A DNA stretch of 64,000 nucleotides, taken from assembly GCA_964611155.1 (NCBI GenBank), contig CAZSXB010000004.1, positions 915 to 64,914 on the forward strand. The letters are read 5' to 3'. Of this stretch, positions 43,390 to 53,427 are shown in pieces (within the stretch, counting starts at the first letter, position 1; every line of letters begins with the position of its first letter). The stretch comes from an uncultured Thermotogaceae bacterium. Lineage in GTDB: Bacteria; Thermotogota; Thermotogae; Petrotogales; Kosmotogaceae. The notes beneath the pieces were generated by a model. The model searched no databases and was not told where the DNA came from. It worked only from the letters and a program-made list of their open reading frames with translations. The translations under genes and the position numbers were made by a program.

Positions 43390-44818
43390 ACTCCACTACA
43401 GCACAGCTCCAGGCTCCAAGATTGGTTCTTTTGTCCACGGTAGTAGCAGAACCAGTCAGAATGTGTACCACTTCTCCTGTACGCAGACTCCTGGCTGAGT
43501 CACTCAGATTGTAGATGAACGAAATCTTTCTTTCATCTTGCTTCAACTCCAAGCATAAACACCCAGACTCTTCCCATATGTTGTCTACCGTTGCCCATCT
43601 AAGCCAGGGTCGCTCTTTTCTGAATAAGAGAATCCTTCGAAACCTTGACAGAAAGGACTCATTCGACTCACTCTGTTTCTCATATGATCGTCCCATACCA
43701 GGTCTGTTCTTGTCAACAGCTTTCCATTCGGTCTGTCCTGGACCGAATCCTGATTCATACCATGGAAATGGCTCAAGCTGTTCCTCGTTGAATAACTCAT
43801 TGTATACGCCTTCCATTCCCAGTTCCTCTCCGTAGAACATAAATGGAATTCCGGGGACGCTCATTAATATACTCAAAGCAAAGAGTGCCTGATCTTTATT
43901 GCCGTCCATGACGGTTACCAATCGTGTCATATCGTGATTTGTGAGGAAGACTCCAGATTCAAAGGTACGATTGTTGTTGAAATAGTGGGGCATTGTCCCC
44001 CTGAACCCGTCGATGAATTTCTGCACTGACCTTCCTTCAATTGCTTCTTTAATGACATATGATAGGGGGAAATTGAATCCTATACCGAAAGTCGAAGAGT
44101 ACTTTTCCACCGTTTCCCAGTCATCCCACACTTCACTTACAAAGATTGCTTCTGAATTAATCTTTCTTGAATGTGAAGTCATCTCAGACCAGAAAGTTAT
44201 GTTCCTATCATGCTGATATTCACAATTACCGGTTTCCCTGGAGAAGTCAAAGATGTGTTTTGCAGCGTCAAATCTGAAACCATCAAATCCGAGGGAAAGC
44301 CAGAAAGACAGTATATTACGGCACTCATGCCATAGCGATTCTGAATCATAGTTCAAATCAGGACTACCAGGCCCAAAGAGACTGTAGTAGAACGTGTTCG
44401 CTATCGGAGTCCACACTTGCTGTCTGTCCCAGGGCCTTCTGGCTCTAAGCCACGATTCGTCTTCAAGCCAGAGATACCATTCAGAGTATGGTTTTTCTCC
44501 ATTCAGCGCTCTCAAGAACCACTCGTGATTCGTGGAGGTGTGATTCAGAGGAAGATCAAGGATCACCTTCAGGTCACGTTTGTGTGCTTCTGCCAGGAAC
44601 AATCGCAAGTCTTTGATGTCTCCGTAGATGGCATTCACGTTGTAGAAGTCTGTAACTGTATAACCATGGTATGAAGGTGAGGACATAATTGGAAGAAGCC
44701 AGATTCCATCCATACCCAGGCTACTGAGATAATCCAGTTTTTCTGTTGCCCCTCTCAGGTCACCAATTCCATCACCGTTTCCGTCTGCGAAAGAACGTAA
44801 GAATAACTCGTAATACAC
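43388..44818 (-). CDS. cytoplasmic GH13 alpha-amylase-family enzyme (alpha-glucosidase/oligo-1,6-glucosidase-like)
   Basis: RSFADGNGDGIGD, region I DLPLNHTS, II GFRFDAAKH, III VSEVWD and IV FLTNHDM. GTG 44818 lies 5 nt after AGGAGGG. The longest ORF starts at TTG 44842. Confidence 0.88.
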   Translation of the reverse strand: MYYELFLRSFADGNGDGIGDLRGATEKLDYLSSLGMDGIWLLPIMSSPSYHGYTVTDFYNVNAIYGDIKDLRLFLAEAHKRDLKVILDLPLNHTSTNHEWFLRALNGEKPYSEWYLWLEDESWLRARRPWDRQQVWTPIANTFYYSLFGPGSPDLNYDSESLWHECRNILSFWLSLGFDGFRFDAAKHIFDFSRETGNCEYQHDRNITFWSEMTSHSRKINSEAIFVSEVWDDWETVEKYSSTFGIGFNFPLSYVIKEAIEGRSVQKFIDGFRGTMPHYFNNNRTFESGVFLTNHDMTRLVTVMDGNKDQALFALSILMSVPGIPFMFYGEELGMEGVYNELFNEEQLEPFPWYESGFGPGQTEWKAVDKNRPGMGRSYEKQSESNESFLSRFRRILLFRKERPWLRWATVDNIWEESGCLCLELKQDERKISFIYNLSDSARSLRTGEVVHILTGSATTVDKRTNLGAWSCAVVE

Positions 44819-44912
44819 TATATCCCTCCTGTCCGTAACCAATATTACTTTGTTTCGATCAGATTGACGTTAAGCGCATGTGTTAAAATCCAGACGTTTG
44901 GGAGGTGTTTGC

Positions 44913-45965
44913 TTGATTATCGAGGAGCTTGTTGCAGAAGGTGAGGCAAAGAATGTAAGTGATATTCATATCACTTCAGGAAGTCCCGTCGTATATAGAA
45001 TAGATGGCGAGCTGATCATTCAGAACAATCGTATCGTTGACGATGATGATTTCAAGAAGATTGAGGCAGAACTCGAAGAACTCGGAAGTGTATCATTCAA
45101 GGAGGGAAGGATTAGAGAAGTAGATTTCTCTTTCAGCTCAGGGATTTCCAGAATCAGGGGTAACTTCTTTTACTCTTCAAGAACGCCCGCCTTTGCCTTG
45201 AGATTGATTCCCAAGACTATTAAGGGAATTGAACAGCTTGGCCTACCGGAGATGTTCAAAGACTTCTGTACTCCTGACAAAGGACTTGTCCTTGTTGCAG
45301 GACCCACTGGTAGTGGGAAATCCACTACTCTCGCAGCATTGCTTGAGCACATAAACATAACAAGGAAAGTTCATATGATAACAATAGAAGACCCGGTTGA
45401 GTACGTTTTTGAGCCCAAGAATACACTCATTCATCAGAGGCAGCTCGGCAGGGACACGGCATCTTTTGCAAATGGCTTGAAGTATTCGATGAGACAGGAT
45501 CCTGATGTCATATTGGTGGGAGAAATGAGAGACCCGGAGACGATGGAACTGGCAATGACCGCAGCAGAAACCGGGCATCTTGTGTTCTCGACTATTCACA
45601 CTAACTCTGCCGCCACAACACCGGAAAGGATCGTCGGATCTTTCCCTCCTCACCAGCAGAACCAGATAGCAATGCAGCTCTCAAATACGCTTCTTGCTGT
45701 TATCTATCAGAGACTGCTTAGAAAGAAGAGTGGACCAGGAAGGATGCCAATTCTTGAGATAATGCTTTTGACTCAGGGTATACGCAACCTCATTCGGGAA
45801 CAGAAATTTCACCAAATAGAGTCAATGATGCAGGCAGGCGGGAAACAGGGAATGGTTACGTTTGATGACGCACTCATAAGAGTGTTCAAGCAAGGCATCA
45901 TATCTGAAGAGCAGGTCAAGGACTATTCGAGAGACCCCAATTCCATCTCACGGAGGCTTTACTGA
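44913..45965 (+). CDS. pilT: type IV pilus retraction ATPase PilT
   Basis: GPTGSGKSTTLAAL, EDPVEY, ILVGEMRD and TGHLVFSTIHTNSA. TTG 44913 lies 5 nt after GGGAGGTG. Confidence 0.9.
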   Translation: MIIEELVAEGEAKNVSDIHITSGSPVVYRIDGELIIQNNRIVDDDDFKKIEAELEELGSVSFKEGRIREVDFSFSSGISRIRGNFFYSSRTPAFALRLIPKTIKGIEQLGLPEMFKDFCTPDKGLVLVAGPTGSGKSTTLAALLEHINITRKVHMITIEDPVEYVFEPKNTLIHQRQLGRDTASFANGLKYSMRQDPDVILVGEMRDPETMELAMTAAETGHLVFSTIHTNSAATTPERIVGSFPPHQQNQIAMQLSNTLLAVIYQRLLRKKSGPGRMPILEIMLLTQGIRNLIREQKFHQIESMMQAGGKQGMVTFDDALIRVFKQGIISEEQVKDYSRDPNSISRRLY

Positions 45966-47059
45966 TGGATCTCGCAGGAGTCATTGAAGTATTCCGCAAG
46001 AACAGGGAAATCGTTGAGAAGGAGCTTTCCGACCCAAACCTCAACGATGACCCCGAAAGGCTTGCTGAGCTGGGTAAAAAGCATTCCCATATTACGCAGG
46101 TTGTCGCTTCTTACGATTCTATAGAAGCAATGAAAAAGGAGTTAAAAGGCTGGGAGGAAATGCTTCAAGAAGCCGGGGAAGATGAACGCAGCATTATCGA
46201 GAAGTCGATTGATGATCTTGAAGAAGAGATTAGAGATCGTGAAATGAGCCTCCTTCTTATGCTCTTGCCGGAACCTTCTGCACGCAAGAATATTATCGCA
46301 GAAATCAGGCCCGGTACCGGTGGAGAAGAAGCTGCCCTGTTTGCCATGGACCTGTTCAGACTATACATGAGGTTTTCAGAGAGAAATTCCTGGAAGTTTG
46401 AAGTCATAGAGATGAATGAGACAGACCTTGGCGGTATCAGAGAAGCGATATTCGCGATCAAGGGAAAGGACGTATTCAGCAAGATGAAATATGAGAGTGG
46501 TGTCCACAGGGTCCAGAGAGTGCCCACGACTGAATCTGGAGGACGTATTCACACTTCAACAGTATCTGTTGCCATTCTCACTGAGGTCTCCGAAGTTGAG
46601 GTGAAGCTTGACCCTTCGGAACTGAAAATAGATACCTTTAGATCGTCGGGAGCAGGGGGACAGCACGTTAACAAAACTGAGTCAGCAGTAAGGGTAACGC
46701 ACATACCGACAGGGATCAGTGTCGCCGTTCAGAAAGACCGCTCTCAGCACCAGAACAAGGCGAAAGCCCTTCAGATCCTCAGGGCCAAGCTTTATAAGAT
46801 CTATGAAGACCAGGAGCAACAGAAGACCCGCGAAAAGCGGCGATCACAAATCGGTACAGGAGAAAGAAGCGAGAAAGTCAGGACTTACAACTTCCCTCAG
46901 AATCGGGTGACCGATCACAGGATCAACTTCAGTACCTACAGGCTTACCGAGATTCTCGAAGGCTACCTGGATGAACTTTTGATGAAACTTACAGAAGCTG
47001 ATATCGCTGAAAGGCTGGAAGAAATAAAGGCTTCAAACCTTCCAACTACTATCAAATGA
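45965..47059 (+). CDS. prfA: peptide chain release factor 1
   Basis: GGQ motif (SGAGGQHVN) and RF1-type tripeptide region RVQRVPTTESGGRIHTS. ATG shares one base with the pilT TGA (TGATG). Confidence 0.95.
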   Translation: MDLAGVIEVFRKNREIVEKELSDPNLNDDPERLAELGKKHSHITQVVASYDSIEAMKKELKGWEEMLQEAGEDERSIIEKSIDDLEEEIRDREMSLLLMLLPEPSARKNIIAEIRPGTGGEEAALFAMDLFRLYMRFSERNSWKFEVIEMNETDLGGIREAIFAIKGKDVFSKMKYESGVHRVQRVPTTESGGRIHTSTVSVAILTEVSEVEVKLDPSELKIDTFRSSGAGGQHVNKTESAVRVTHIPTGISVAVQKDRSQHQNKAKALQILRAKLYKIYEDQEQQKTREKRRSQIGTGERSEKVRTYNFPQNRVTDHRINFSTYRLTEILEGYLDELLMKLTEADIAERLEEIKASNLPTTIK

Positions 47060-47060
47060 G

Positions 47061-47426
47061 CTATTCATGTCTTCTGAAAAGCTCGGTTCGATCCTCGTCT
47101 CTGACGAATTTCCAGTGACGATGCTTCGCAGGTTCTGCCATTCTCAGAAGTATGCTTTCGAGATCACTGGATTCGAAAGCTTCTTTGATTTTCTCTTCAA
47201 GAGGTTTTTCGAAACGGAACGGTGGTTCAATTTCAGGAGTGAACTCTATGTACTCAATGTCTCGCTGTTTTATGCCAGGATGAATGCTCTTCAAGAAATT
47301 ATGTACATAATCAATGAAAGTGTCTCCCACCTCCGCAGGAGTCTTCGCTATACTGAGCTTCTCTCTGTACTCTGACTCGATTCTTTTGAATTCCTTGATA
47401 TAAGAGATTCTGTCATCCTTGCCCAT
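47061..47426 (-). CDS. hypothetical protein (121 aa)
   Basis: GGAGGTG SD before ATG 47426. It is the last gene of the marR-serS-rsmE transcription unit. No family recognised. Confidence 0.6.
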   Translation of the reverse strand: MGKDDRISYIKEFKRIESEYREKLSIAKTPAEVGDTFIDYVHNFLKSIHPGIKQRDIEYIEFTPEIEPPFRFEKPLEEKIKEAFESSDLESILLRMAEPAKHRHWKFVRDEDRTELFRRHE

Positions 47427-47436
47427 AGAACACCTC

Positions 47437-48132
47437 CTAGAATCTGTTCAGAAAAGAGTTAACAAGGCTCAGCGCAACTATCACGGCTGTTTCAACTCTG
47501 AGAACACTTGAACCGACAGAAACCGGTATGGCCGACAGACTCAGTAGTTCTCTCTCGTTCCTGGAAAAACCTCCTTCGGATCCAACAAATATACTTGTCC
47601 TGCTGCTTCTTGAGATCTTCTCACTGAATGACTTCAGAGGGGTGCCTGACATATCCAGAAAGAGAAAGAGGCCGTTCTCAGAGGGTTCGAATTGGAGAGA
47701 GTCCATCCAGTGAACTTCAGGTAGAAAAGGATTGACTGACTGCTTGATGGCCTCTCTAACCACTATTTCACATTTCCCCTGCGAATTCTCTGATCTCTTC
47801 GCAGTGGAGTATTCTGATTGGAATACGATAATGCTATCCACGCCAAGCTCAGTAGATTTCTCAAGTACCAACCTCAACCGTTTCCACTTTGTTGAGGCAA
47901 TCCAGAGACCAACATGATGGGAGTCTTTACTGCAACGTCTGACCTTAGTTATTCTGCCGATGCTCCTGGTATCACCCAGTTCTTCAAGAACAAAATCTAC
48001 CAGAGCACCTCGACCATCCAGTCCCAGCAGATGTTCTCCGGGCCTGGCACGCATCACTTTCAAGTGCGTGGATTCATGTTCATCAAGAATAACCCTGTTG
48101 TTATCTATTTGTACCAGAAAAGCATTAGGCAA
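47437..48132 (-). CDS. rsmE: 16S rRNA (uracil1498-N3)-methyltransferase RsmE
   Basis: PUA-like N-terminus (HLKVMRARPGE) and SPOUT C-terminal blocks EKSTELGV, GSEGGFS and LRVETA. Confidence 0.88.
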   Translation of the reverse strand: MPNAFLVQIDNNRVILDEHESTHLKVMRARPGEHLLGLDGRGALVDFVLEELGDTRSIGRITKVRRCSKDSHHVGLWIASTKWKRLRLVLEKSTELGVDSIIVFQSEYSTAKRSENSQGKCEIVVREAIKQSVNPFLPEVHWMDSLQFEPSENGLFLFLDMSGTPLKSFSEKISRSSRTSIFVGSEGGFSRNERELLSLSAIPVSVGSSVLRVETAVIVALSLVNSFLNRF

Positions 48133-49407
48133 CTAGCCAACGACCTCTTTGCCTACAAAGGGAACAAGCGCATCGGGGACTCTGATTGTTCCATCTTCCC
48201 TCTGGAAGTTTTCGATGATCGCCACCAGGGCTCTTCCAACAGCAACTCCAGAACCATTAAGAGCATGAACAAATGCAGGTCTGTTGTTGCTGTCTCGGTA
48301 ACGGATATTCGCTCTCCTTGCCTGGAAGTCGGTTGTGTTACTGCACGAAGAGATCTCCTTGTAGTTGCCATAGGAGGGCAACCAGACCTCCAGATCATAA
48401 GTTTTGGATGAAGCGAATCCGAGATCGGCCGTACACAATTCTACCACTCTGTAGGGAAGCTCTAGCCTTTGCAAGACTTCTTCTGCATCTGATGTAAGCC
48501 TTTGCAGTGCAGCTTCTGATTCCTCTGGTCTCGTAAACCATACGAGCTCAACCTTGTCAAACTGATGCACCCTTATCATACCTCTTACGTCTTTTCCGTA
48601 ACTACCTGCTTCACGCCGATAACAGGGGGTGTAAGACGCGTATTTCAAAGGTAATCTGGACGATTCCAGGATTTCATTGGAATGTTGAGCTATGAGCGGG
48701 ACTTCTGCGGTTGGTATCAGGAAAAGATCATCAGGCCTGGAATTGTAAAGCTCTTCCTCAAACTTTGGCAATTGTCCTGAAGCAAGCATTGTTTCTCGCT
48801 TGACCAGATGCGGTAACGAGACTTCTTGATATCCATGTTCTCTCACGTGTAGTTCGATCATGAAATTCACAAGGGCTCTTGAGAGCGTAGCCAGATGACC
48901 TCGCAAGATGCTGAATCTTGCACCGCTCAGTTTTGCGGCCCTCTCGAAATCCATCATTCCACTCTTGGGGCCAAGCTCCCAATGAGGCAAGGGTTCAAAA
49001 TCAAAAACCGGTGGATTTCCCCAAGTCTGCCGGACGACATTGTCCGATTCACTCTCGCCACGAGGAACAGAGCTGTGCGGAATATTGGGGACATGCAGAA
49101 GTCTCGACTCAAGATGCTCTTCAACCTGCCGGATCTTTGCGTCGCCCTCTTTTACAAGATTAGAAATCACTCTTGCCCGCTCCAGCAGTTCTTCAGCTTC
49201 ATTATTTTGACCAGAAGCTTTCATCCTGGCGACCTCTGCAGAAACCTTGTTTCTCTCTGCCTTCAGCTGATTGAGCCTGGTGAGCTCTGCCCTCAGCGAT
49301 TCGTCAAGCTGAAGGACCTCATCAAGGGTATCTTCAGAGACATTTCTTGCTTTCAATGCCTGTCTGAAGTGATCTGTGTCTTCTCTCAGTGAGCGAATAT
49401 CGATCAA
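48133..49407 (-). CDS. serS: seryl-tRNA synthetase
   Basis: Coiled-coil N-arm and class II motifs (RREAGSYGKDVRGMIRVHQFDKVE; GSGVAVGRALVAIIEN). TTG start 9 nt after GGAGGA. Confidence 0.96.
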   Translation of the reverse strand: MIDIRSLREDTDHFRQALKARNVSEDTLDEVLQLDESLRAELTRLNQLKAERNKVSAEVARMKASGQNNEAEELLERARVISNLVKEGDAKIRQVEEHLESRLLHVPNIPHSSVPRGESESDNVVRQTWGNPPVFDFEPLPHWELGPKSGMMDFERAAKLSGARFSILRGHLATLSRALVNFMIELHVREHGYQEVSLPHLVKRETMLASGQLPKFEEELYNSRPDDLFLIPTAEVPLIAQHSNEILESSRLPLKYASYTPCYRREAGSYGKDVRGMIRVHQFDKVELVWFTRPEESEAALQRLTSDAEEVLQRLELPYRVVELCTADLGFASSKTYDLEVWLPSYGNYKEISSCSNTTDFQARRANIRYRDSNNRPAFVHALNGSGVAVGRALVAIIENFQREDGTIRVPDALVPFVGKEVVG

Positions 49408-49409
49408 TA

Positions 49410-50069
49410 CTAGTCATCCTCCAGAATTATCTCCATTTCAACAGATTTGCCTTCAAAACTATCATCATCAGTGTTGTATATCAGTTCTGAAGCTCGTATG
49501 GTCCTGTTATTCTTGTGATCGATAACAAGAACACGTCCAGTGAGAATCATCAAGGAATCACCACTGTAGTACTCGAACTGCAGAGCAGTTATCTCCATCT
49601 CATCACGATAGAGTATGAAAAGAGGTTTGAACTCGGGATCATCCTCGGGAAGAGAGCTTCCTACGTATGATTCAGAGTCCAGATCAAACTCGAGAACATC
49701 AGCATCGTTTATTATGATTTTCCCTTCTCGATCCGTCTCGACGAATTCGGCATACACCTCATTACGCATAACTCCTGAAGAAGAGTTCATGTTGTAATCG
49801 AGGTAAAGCGATCTTGAAGTGCCGTTCGAGAAAATCGCTAAGGTTTCCCCGGTGGCAATGAATCTCTCCCAGTTATTGCCGACCGCGGATAACTCCGCTT
49901 CTTCAGTTTCAACCGTCATCTCGCCTTCCTTCTCAATGTAGACATTCCCCGCCAGACTGATAAGATCGCTTGATCCCTTAATGGTATCAGCCTTTATCCT
50001 CAGTGTGGTTGAAGCAAAGAGACCAATAGCTGTTAGTAGCAAAAAAACTACAGTAAGCGCTTTTCTCAT
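49410..50069 (-). CDS. secreted hypothetical protein (possibly LptA/OstA-like beta-jellyroll)
   Basis: Signal peptide MRKALTVVFLLLTAIGLFA. The ADTIKG...LAGNVYIEKEG pattern is reminiscent of OstA-like proteins. This fold guess is weak. Confidence 0.5.
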   Translation of the reverse strand: MRKALTVVFLLLTAIGLFASTTLRIKADTIKGSSDLISLAGNVYIEKEGEMTVETEEAELSAVGNNWERFIATGETLAIFSNGTSRSLYLDYNMNSSSGVMRNEVYAEFVETDREGKIIINDADVLEFDLDSESYVGSSLPEDDPEFKPLFILYRDEMEITALQFEYYSGDSLMILTGRVLVIDHKNNRTIRASELIYNTDDDSFEGKSVEMEIILEDD

Positions 50070-50548
50070 TTTCGTCCTCCTATCTTATTTGGACCGTCTG
50101 TGTCTTGTTGCATTGCCTCGAGCAACTCACGAAGAAGCTTCTCATAACTCTGTGGTTTTGGGGAGTCAACTCTTTCAAGCACACTGCGGAGAAACTCGAC
50201 CCTTCTCTTAATAACGCTCTCTACGAGAACTTCGCCCGAGGGAGAAAGCTTGATCATGTAGGATCTCCTGTCTTTTGCTGACCTGTGTTTTCGAACGAAA
50301 TCACCGTCCATAAGCCTTCTCACAAGTCCTGTTGTTGTACTTTTCGTTATTCCAAGGACATCACTGATATCACTCATCCGCTTCTCGCCACGGAAATACA
50401 GGATCTGCAATACATCAAACTGTGCAGGAGTGATCGGAAAATCTCTCAGTACTTTGCGACCTTCTCGACGAACGCGGGTAGAAATAGCCCTGAGGATATG
50501 TTCAACGTTCTCTGCAATCTGGAGCTCGCTTAACTCTCTTCCCATCAT
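50066..50548 (-). CDS. MarR family transcriptional regulator
   Basis: Winged-helix region ITPAQFDVLQILYFRGEKRMSDISDVLGITKSTTTGLVRRL...DRR. Stop overlaps the next start (ATGA). Confidence 0.85.
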   Translation of the reverse strand: MMGRELSELQIAENVEHILRAISTRVRREGRKVLRDFPITPAQFDVLQILYFRGEKRMSDISDVLGITKSTTTGLVRRLMDGDFVRKHRSAKDRRSYMIKLSPSGEVLVESVIKRRVEFLRSVLERVDSPKPQSYEKLLRELLEAMQQDTDGPNKIGGRK

Positions 50549-50713
50549 AAACCTCCTGCTGACGTATTATTTCACAGACAATTATATCATCGCCCCAGAT
50601 AGAGAAACCCAGGTGATGGATACTCCGGAGCTTCACCAGCTGTGATGTATAATACTATCATGTTGTCGAGTCAGAATGCAGAAAAGCGACGTTATGCCCT
50701 TGATGATGAGTAT

Positions 50714-51370
50714 ATGTCCGCGAAGTTGACTGTTGCAGGAGTTGACGAAGCAGGAAGGGGTCCTTGGGCAGGACCGGTGGTTGCAGCCGCTGTGGTACCT
50801 GATGAACTCGACACTGAATATGCAGACAGTAAAGCTCTTAGCCCCGTTCAGCGAAGTAAGTTCTTTTCGAGAATTGTGTCGACCTGTAGTGTTGGAGTGG
50901 GGATTGCTTCCCCCGAAGAGGTAGATATACTGAACGTTCTGAACGCAACAAGAATTGCAGTGGTAAGAGCTGTCGACAATCTTGGAATTGTGCCCGAGAG
51001 GATACTCATTGACGGGAAGTACCTGGAATTCGACAGCAGATGTAGATGTATTGTCAGTGGCGATAGACTCAATAACGCTATCGCTGCAGCATCCATAGTA
51101 GCGAAAGTTGTGAGGGACTCATACATGAGTTCACTGTCAATTATCTTGCCCGGTTTCTCTTTCTTTGCACATAAAGGTTACGGGACTCCACTTCACAGAG
51201 CGGAACTCAAGGCCTCTGGTCCAACACCCTGGCACAGGTTGACCTACTCTCCGGTAAGAGAACTGATCACGCCAGAGACCATCAAGAACTGGTTATCAAA
51301 GGGTCTTTTGAGTGACAGGCGTCATGAATCAATTCTGAAGAAGATGAAGGGAGATAGTTATGATGTCTGA
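50714..51370 (+). CDS. rnhB: ribonuclease HII
   Basis: VAGVDEAGRGPWAGPVVAAAV catalytic block. ATG 50714 gives the usual ~218 aa. The longest ORF starts at GTG 50642, which lies on top of a TATAAT box (50648-50653). Confidence 0.9.
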   Translation: MSAKLTVAGVDEAGRGPWAGPVVAAAVVPDELDTEYADSKALSPVQRSKFFSRIVSTCSVGVGIASPEEVDILNVLNATRIAVVRAVDNLGIVPERILIDGKYLEFDSRCRCIVSGDRLNNAIAAASIVAKVVRDSYMSSLSIILPGFSFFAHKGYGTPLHRAELKASGPTPWHRLTYSPVRELITPETIKNWLSKGLLSDRRHESILKKMKGDSYDV

Positions 51371-52064
51371 AGACAAAGGTTTCTCCAGACTGATTGATAC
51401 CATGAAGAGACTTAGAAGTGATTCTGGATGTGAATGGGATAGGGATCAAACCCACAGCTCATTGAAGCCTTATCTTATAGAGGAAGCATACGAAGTCCTT
51501 GATGCTATTGAGAAAGCTGATGACGAGATGCTCGTTGAAGAGCTGGGGGACCTGCTGCTTCAGGTAGTGTTTCATGCGCAAATTGCTTCAGAGCGTGGTG
51601 CTTTCGATTTCACCGACATTGCTGAAAGATTGACAGACAAGCTTGTACGCAGACATCCCCACGTATTTGCCCGGGCTTCAGGGTATTCCTACAGGCAATG
51701 GGAGAGGATAAAGGCGGAAGAAAAGGGTACTGCTCATGGCTCACCAGTTGGGCGTCTGAATCAGGCGCTTCCTGCGCTGAGTCTTGCCAGGAGAACGGTT
51801 GAAAACGCTGTTGAAACAAGTCTCGATGAACTGGATAAAGATGAGATATCTCAGGCTATTCTGAAATTAGCGGGTGAAATGTCAAGAAACATAGAATCAG
51901 CGAGCATTGAAAGGATAGAGGAGTCTGTGGGAGAATTGCTAATGGAGATCACAAAGTGTGCTGTTATGAGTAAGATTGATCCGGAACGAAAACTGAGACT
52001 AGAGGTAGAAGAATACATGAACAAGTTGGAGAGAGCACACCGTCATAAGGAAGGAAGTTCGTAA
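51360..52064 (+). CDS. mazG: MazG nucleoside triphosphate pyrophosphohydrolase
   Basis: EEAYEVLDAIE and EELGDLLLQVVFHA (EExx...E/D) motifs. Overlaps rnhB by 11 nt. Confidence 0.88.
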   Translation: MMSEDKGFSRLIDTMKRLRSDSGCEWDRDQTHSSLKPYLIEEAYEVLDAIEKADDEMLVEELGDLLLQVVFHAQIASERGAFDFTDIAERLTDKLVRRHPHVFARASGYSYRQWERIKAEEKGTAHGSPVGRLNQALPALSLARRTVENAVETSLDELDKDEISQAILKLAGEMSRNIESASIERIEESVGELLMEITKCAVMSKIDPERKLRLEVEEYMNKLERAHRHKEGSS

Positions 52065-52101
52065 GCCAGAAGCTCTTGTTGAAACCTGAGGAGGTAATCG
52101 A

Positions 52102-53115
52102 ATGAAGAGGTTACTTACTTTTTCATTGTGTTTTGTATTTATCGTTCTTGCTGGAGTAGTCTATGCAACACAACAGGAGGAGAGCATCGCTGCAATGGTG
52201 AACGATGAAGTGATCACCATTGAACAGTTCCTGGCGAGAGTTCTGCCCAAGTACACAGATATTTCCAGAACTGTAGAGGATATTGATCCTCTCTTTGCCG
52301 AAATACTTCTTGAGAGTGAACACGGAGAGAAGCTATTTGAGGAATATGAGAGAAGGGTCCTTGAGGATATGGTGGATAGGTTACTTCTCATACAATACGC
52401 AAGAGAAGTAGGGATCGGGGCCGATTGGCAATTCATAAGGGAACAGATAGATAAGTCAATTCACGATACACTTGAAGAGCTCGAAATATCTTACAGTGAA
52501 GCAAACGCTTACTATATGTTGCGCGGTTACATTGGGGGGCTTGAGACATATGCTGATGTCGTTGTTTGGGACTTGATATACAACGATGTCAGGAACAAGC
52601 TTCAGTCAAGAGTGATTCAGGATGTTTCGGTCTCCGAGGAAGAAATCCGGCGTTACTACGAAGAAAACAGCGATGTGTTTGTGGCTGAAGCGGAGAAAGT
52701 CAGACTCAAGATCATGACATTCAGGACTTTCTCTGAAGCGTACGAGAAATGGCGCACAGCTTCTCGCCACCCGGAGCCCATAAAGGTCTTCTCAGAGTCA
52801 GAGGGAGGCTATATCGAACGAGATTTTTCCCGGGAAGAGATTCGTGAGATGAACCCTGATCTGGTGCGACTGGTTTTCAGAGATACTTCCGGAGAACTGG
52901 TTCAGTCAGTGGTTCCCTTTGGGGATGGTTATGCGATCATTTACATGGTTGCTTATGCCCCTGCAAGAATGCTTACAGTCGAAGAAGCTACTGACGAGAT
53001 CACCGCTGAAATCCTTCCATTGAAGAGACAAACAGCATGGAAGGAATGGAAAGAAAGTGTTTTTGAGGAGTTCAAAGAGAATTCGCTCATAGAAATATAT
53101 CCTATTGGAGAGTGA
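52102..53115 (+). CDS. SurA/PrsA-like periplasmic chaperone with degenerate parvulin domain
   Basis: Signal/anchor peptide, SurA_N-like AAMVNDEVITIEQF, and a C-terminal parvulin-like segment EGGYIER...GELVQSVVPFGDGYAIIYMV. Confidence 0.6.
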   Translation: MKRLLTFSLCFVFIVLAGVVYATQQEESIAAMVNDEVITIEQFLARVLPKYTDISRTVEDIDPLFAEILLESEHGEKLFEEYERRVLEDMVDRLLLIQYAREVGIGADWQFIREQIDKSIHDTLEELEISYSEANAYYMLRGYIGGLETYADVVVWDLIYNDVRNKLQSRVIQDVSVSEEEIRRYYEENSDVFVAEAEKVRLKIMTFRTFSEAYEKWRTASRHPEPIKVFSESEGGYIERDFSREEIREMNPDLVRLVFRDTSGELVQSVVPFGDGYAIIYMVAYAPARMLTVEEATDEITAEILPLKRQTAWKEWKESVFEEFKENSLIEIYPIGE

Positions 53116-53120
53116 TCGCT

Positions 53121-53426
53121 ATGGAAAACCTTACAGAAGAAGAAGTGATGAATGCTCTGAGAGAGGTTTATGATCCTGAGATTGGTTACGACATAGTAAG
53201 TCTTGGTCTAATCTACGGTATCGACATAGACCCGGAGAACAACATCAAAGTGACCATGACTTTGACAACTCCGATGTGCCCCCTGGCAGGCTTCATTGTT
53301 GAAGAGGCAAGGAGGAAAGTGAAGGATCTGGAGAAGTCTAACGTTGTGGATATGGAACTCAGTTTCGACCCTCCATGGAATCCAGAGATGGTGAGCGATG
53401 AGCTGAAAAAGACTATGGGATTATGA
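53121..53426 (+). CDS. DUF59/MIP18-family Fe-S cluster assembly protein (SufT-like)
   Basis: VYDPEIGYDIVSLGLIY and TTPMCP motifs. ATG 53121 lies 8 nt after GGAGAG. The longest ORF starts at GTG 53112. Confidence 0.8.
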   Translation: MENLTEEEVMNALREVYDPEIGYDIVSLGLIYGIDIDPENNIKVTMTLTTPMCPLAGFIVEEARRKVKDLEKSNVVDMELSFDPPWNPEMVSDELKKTMGL

Positions 53427-53427
53427 A

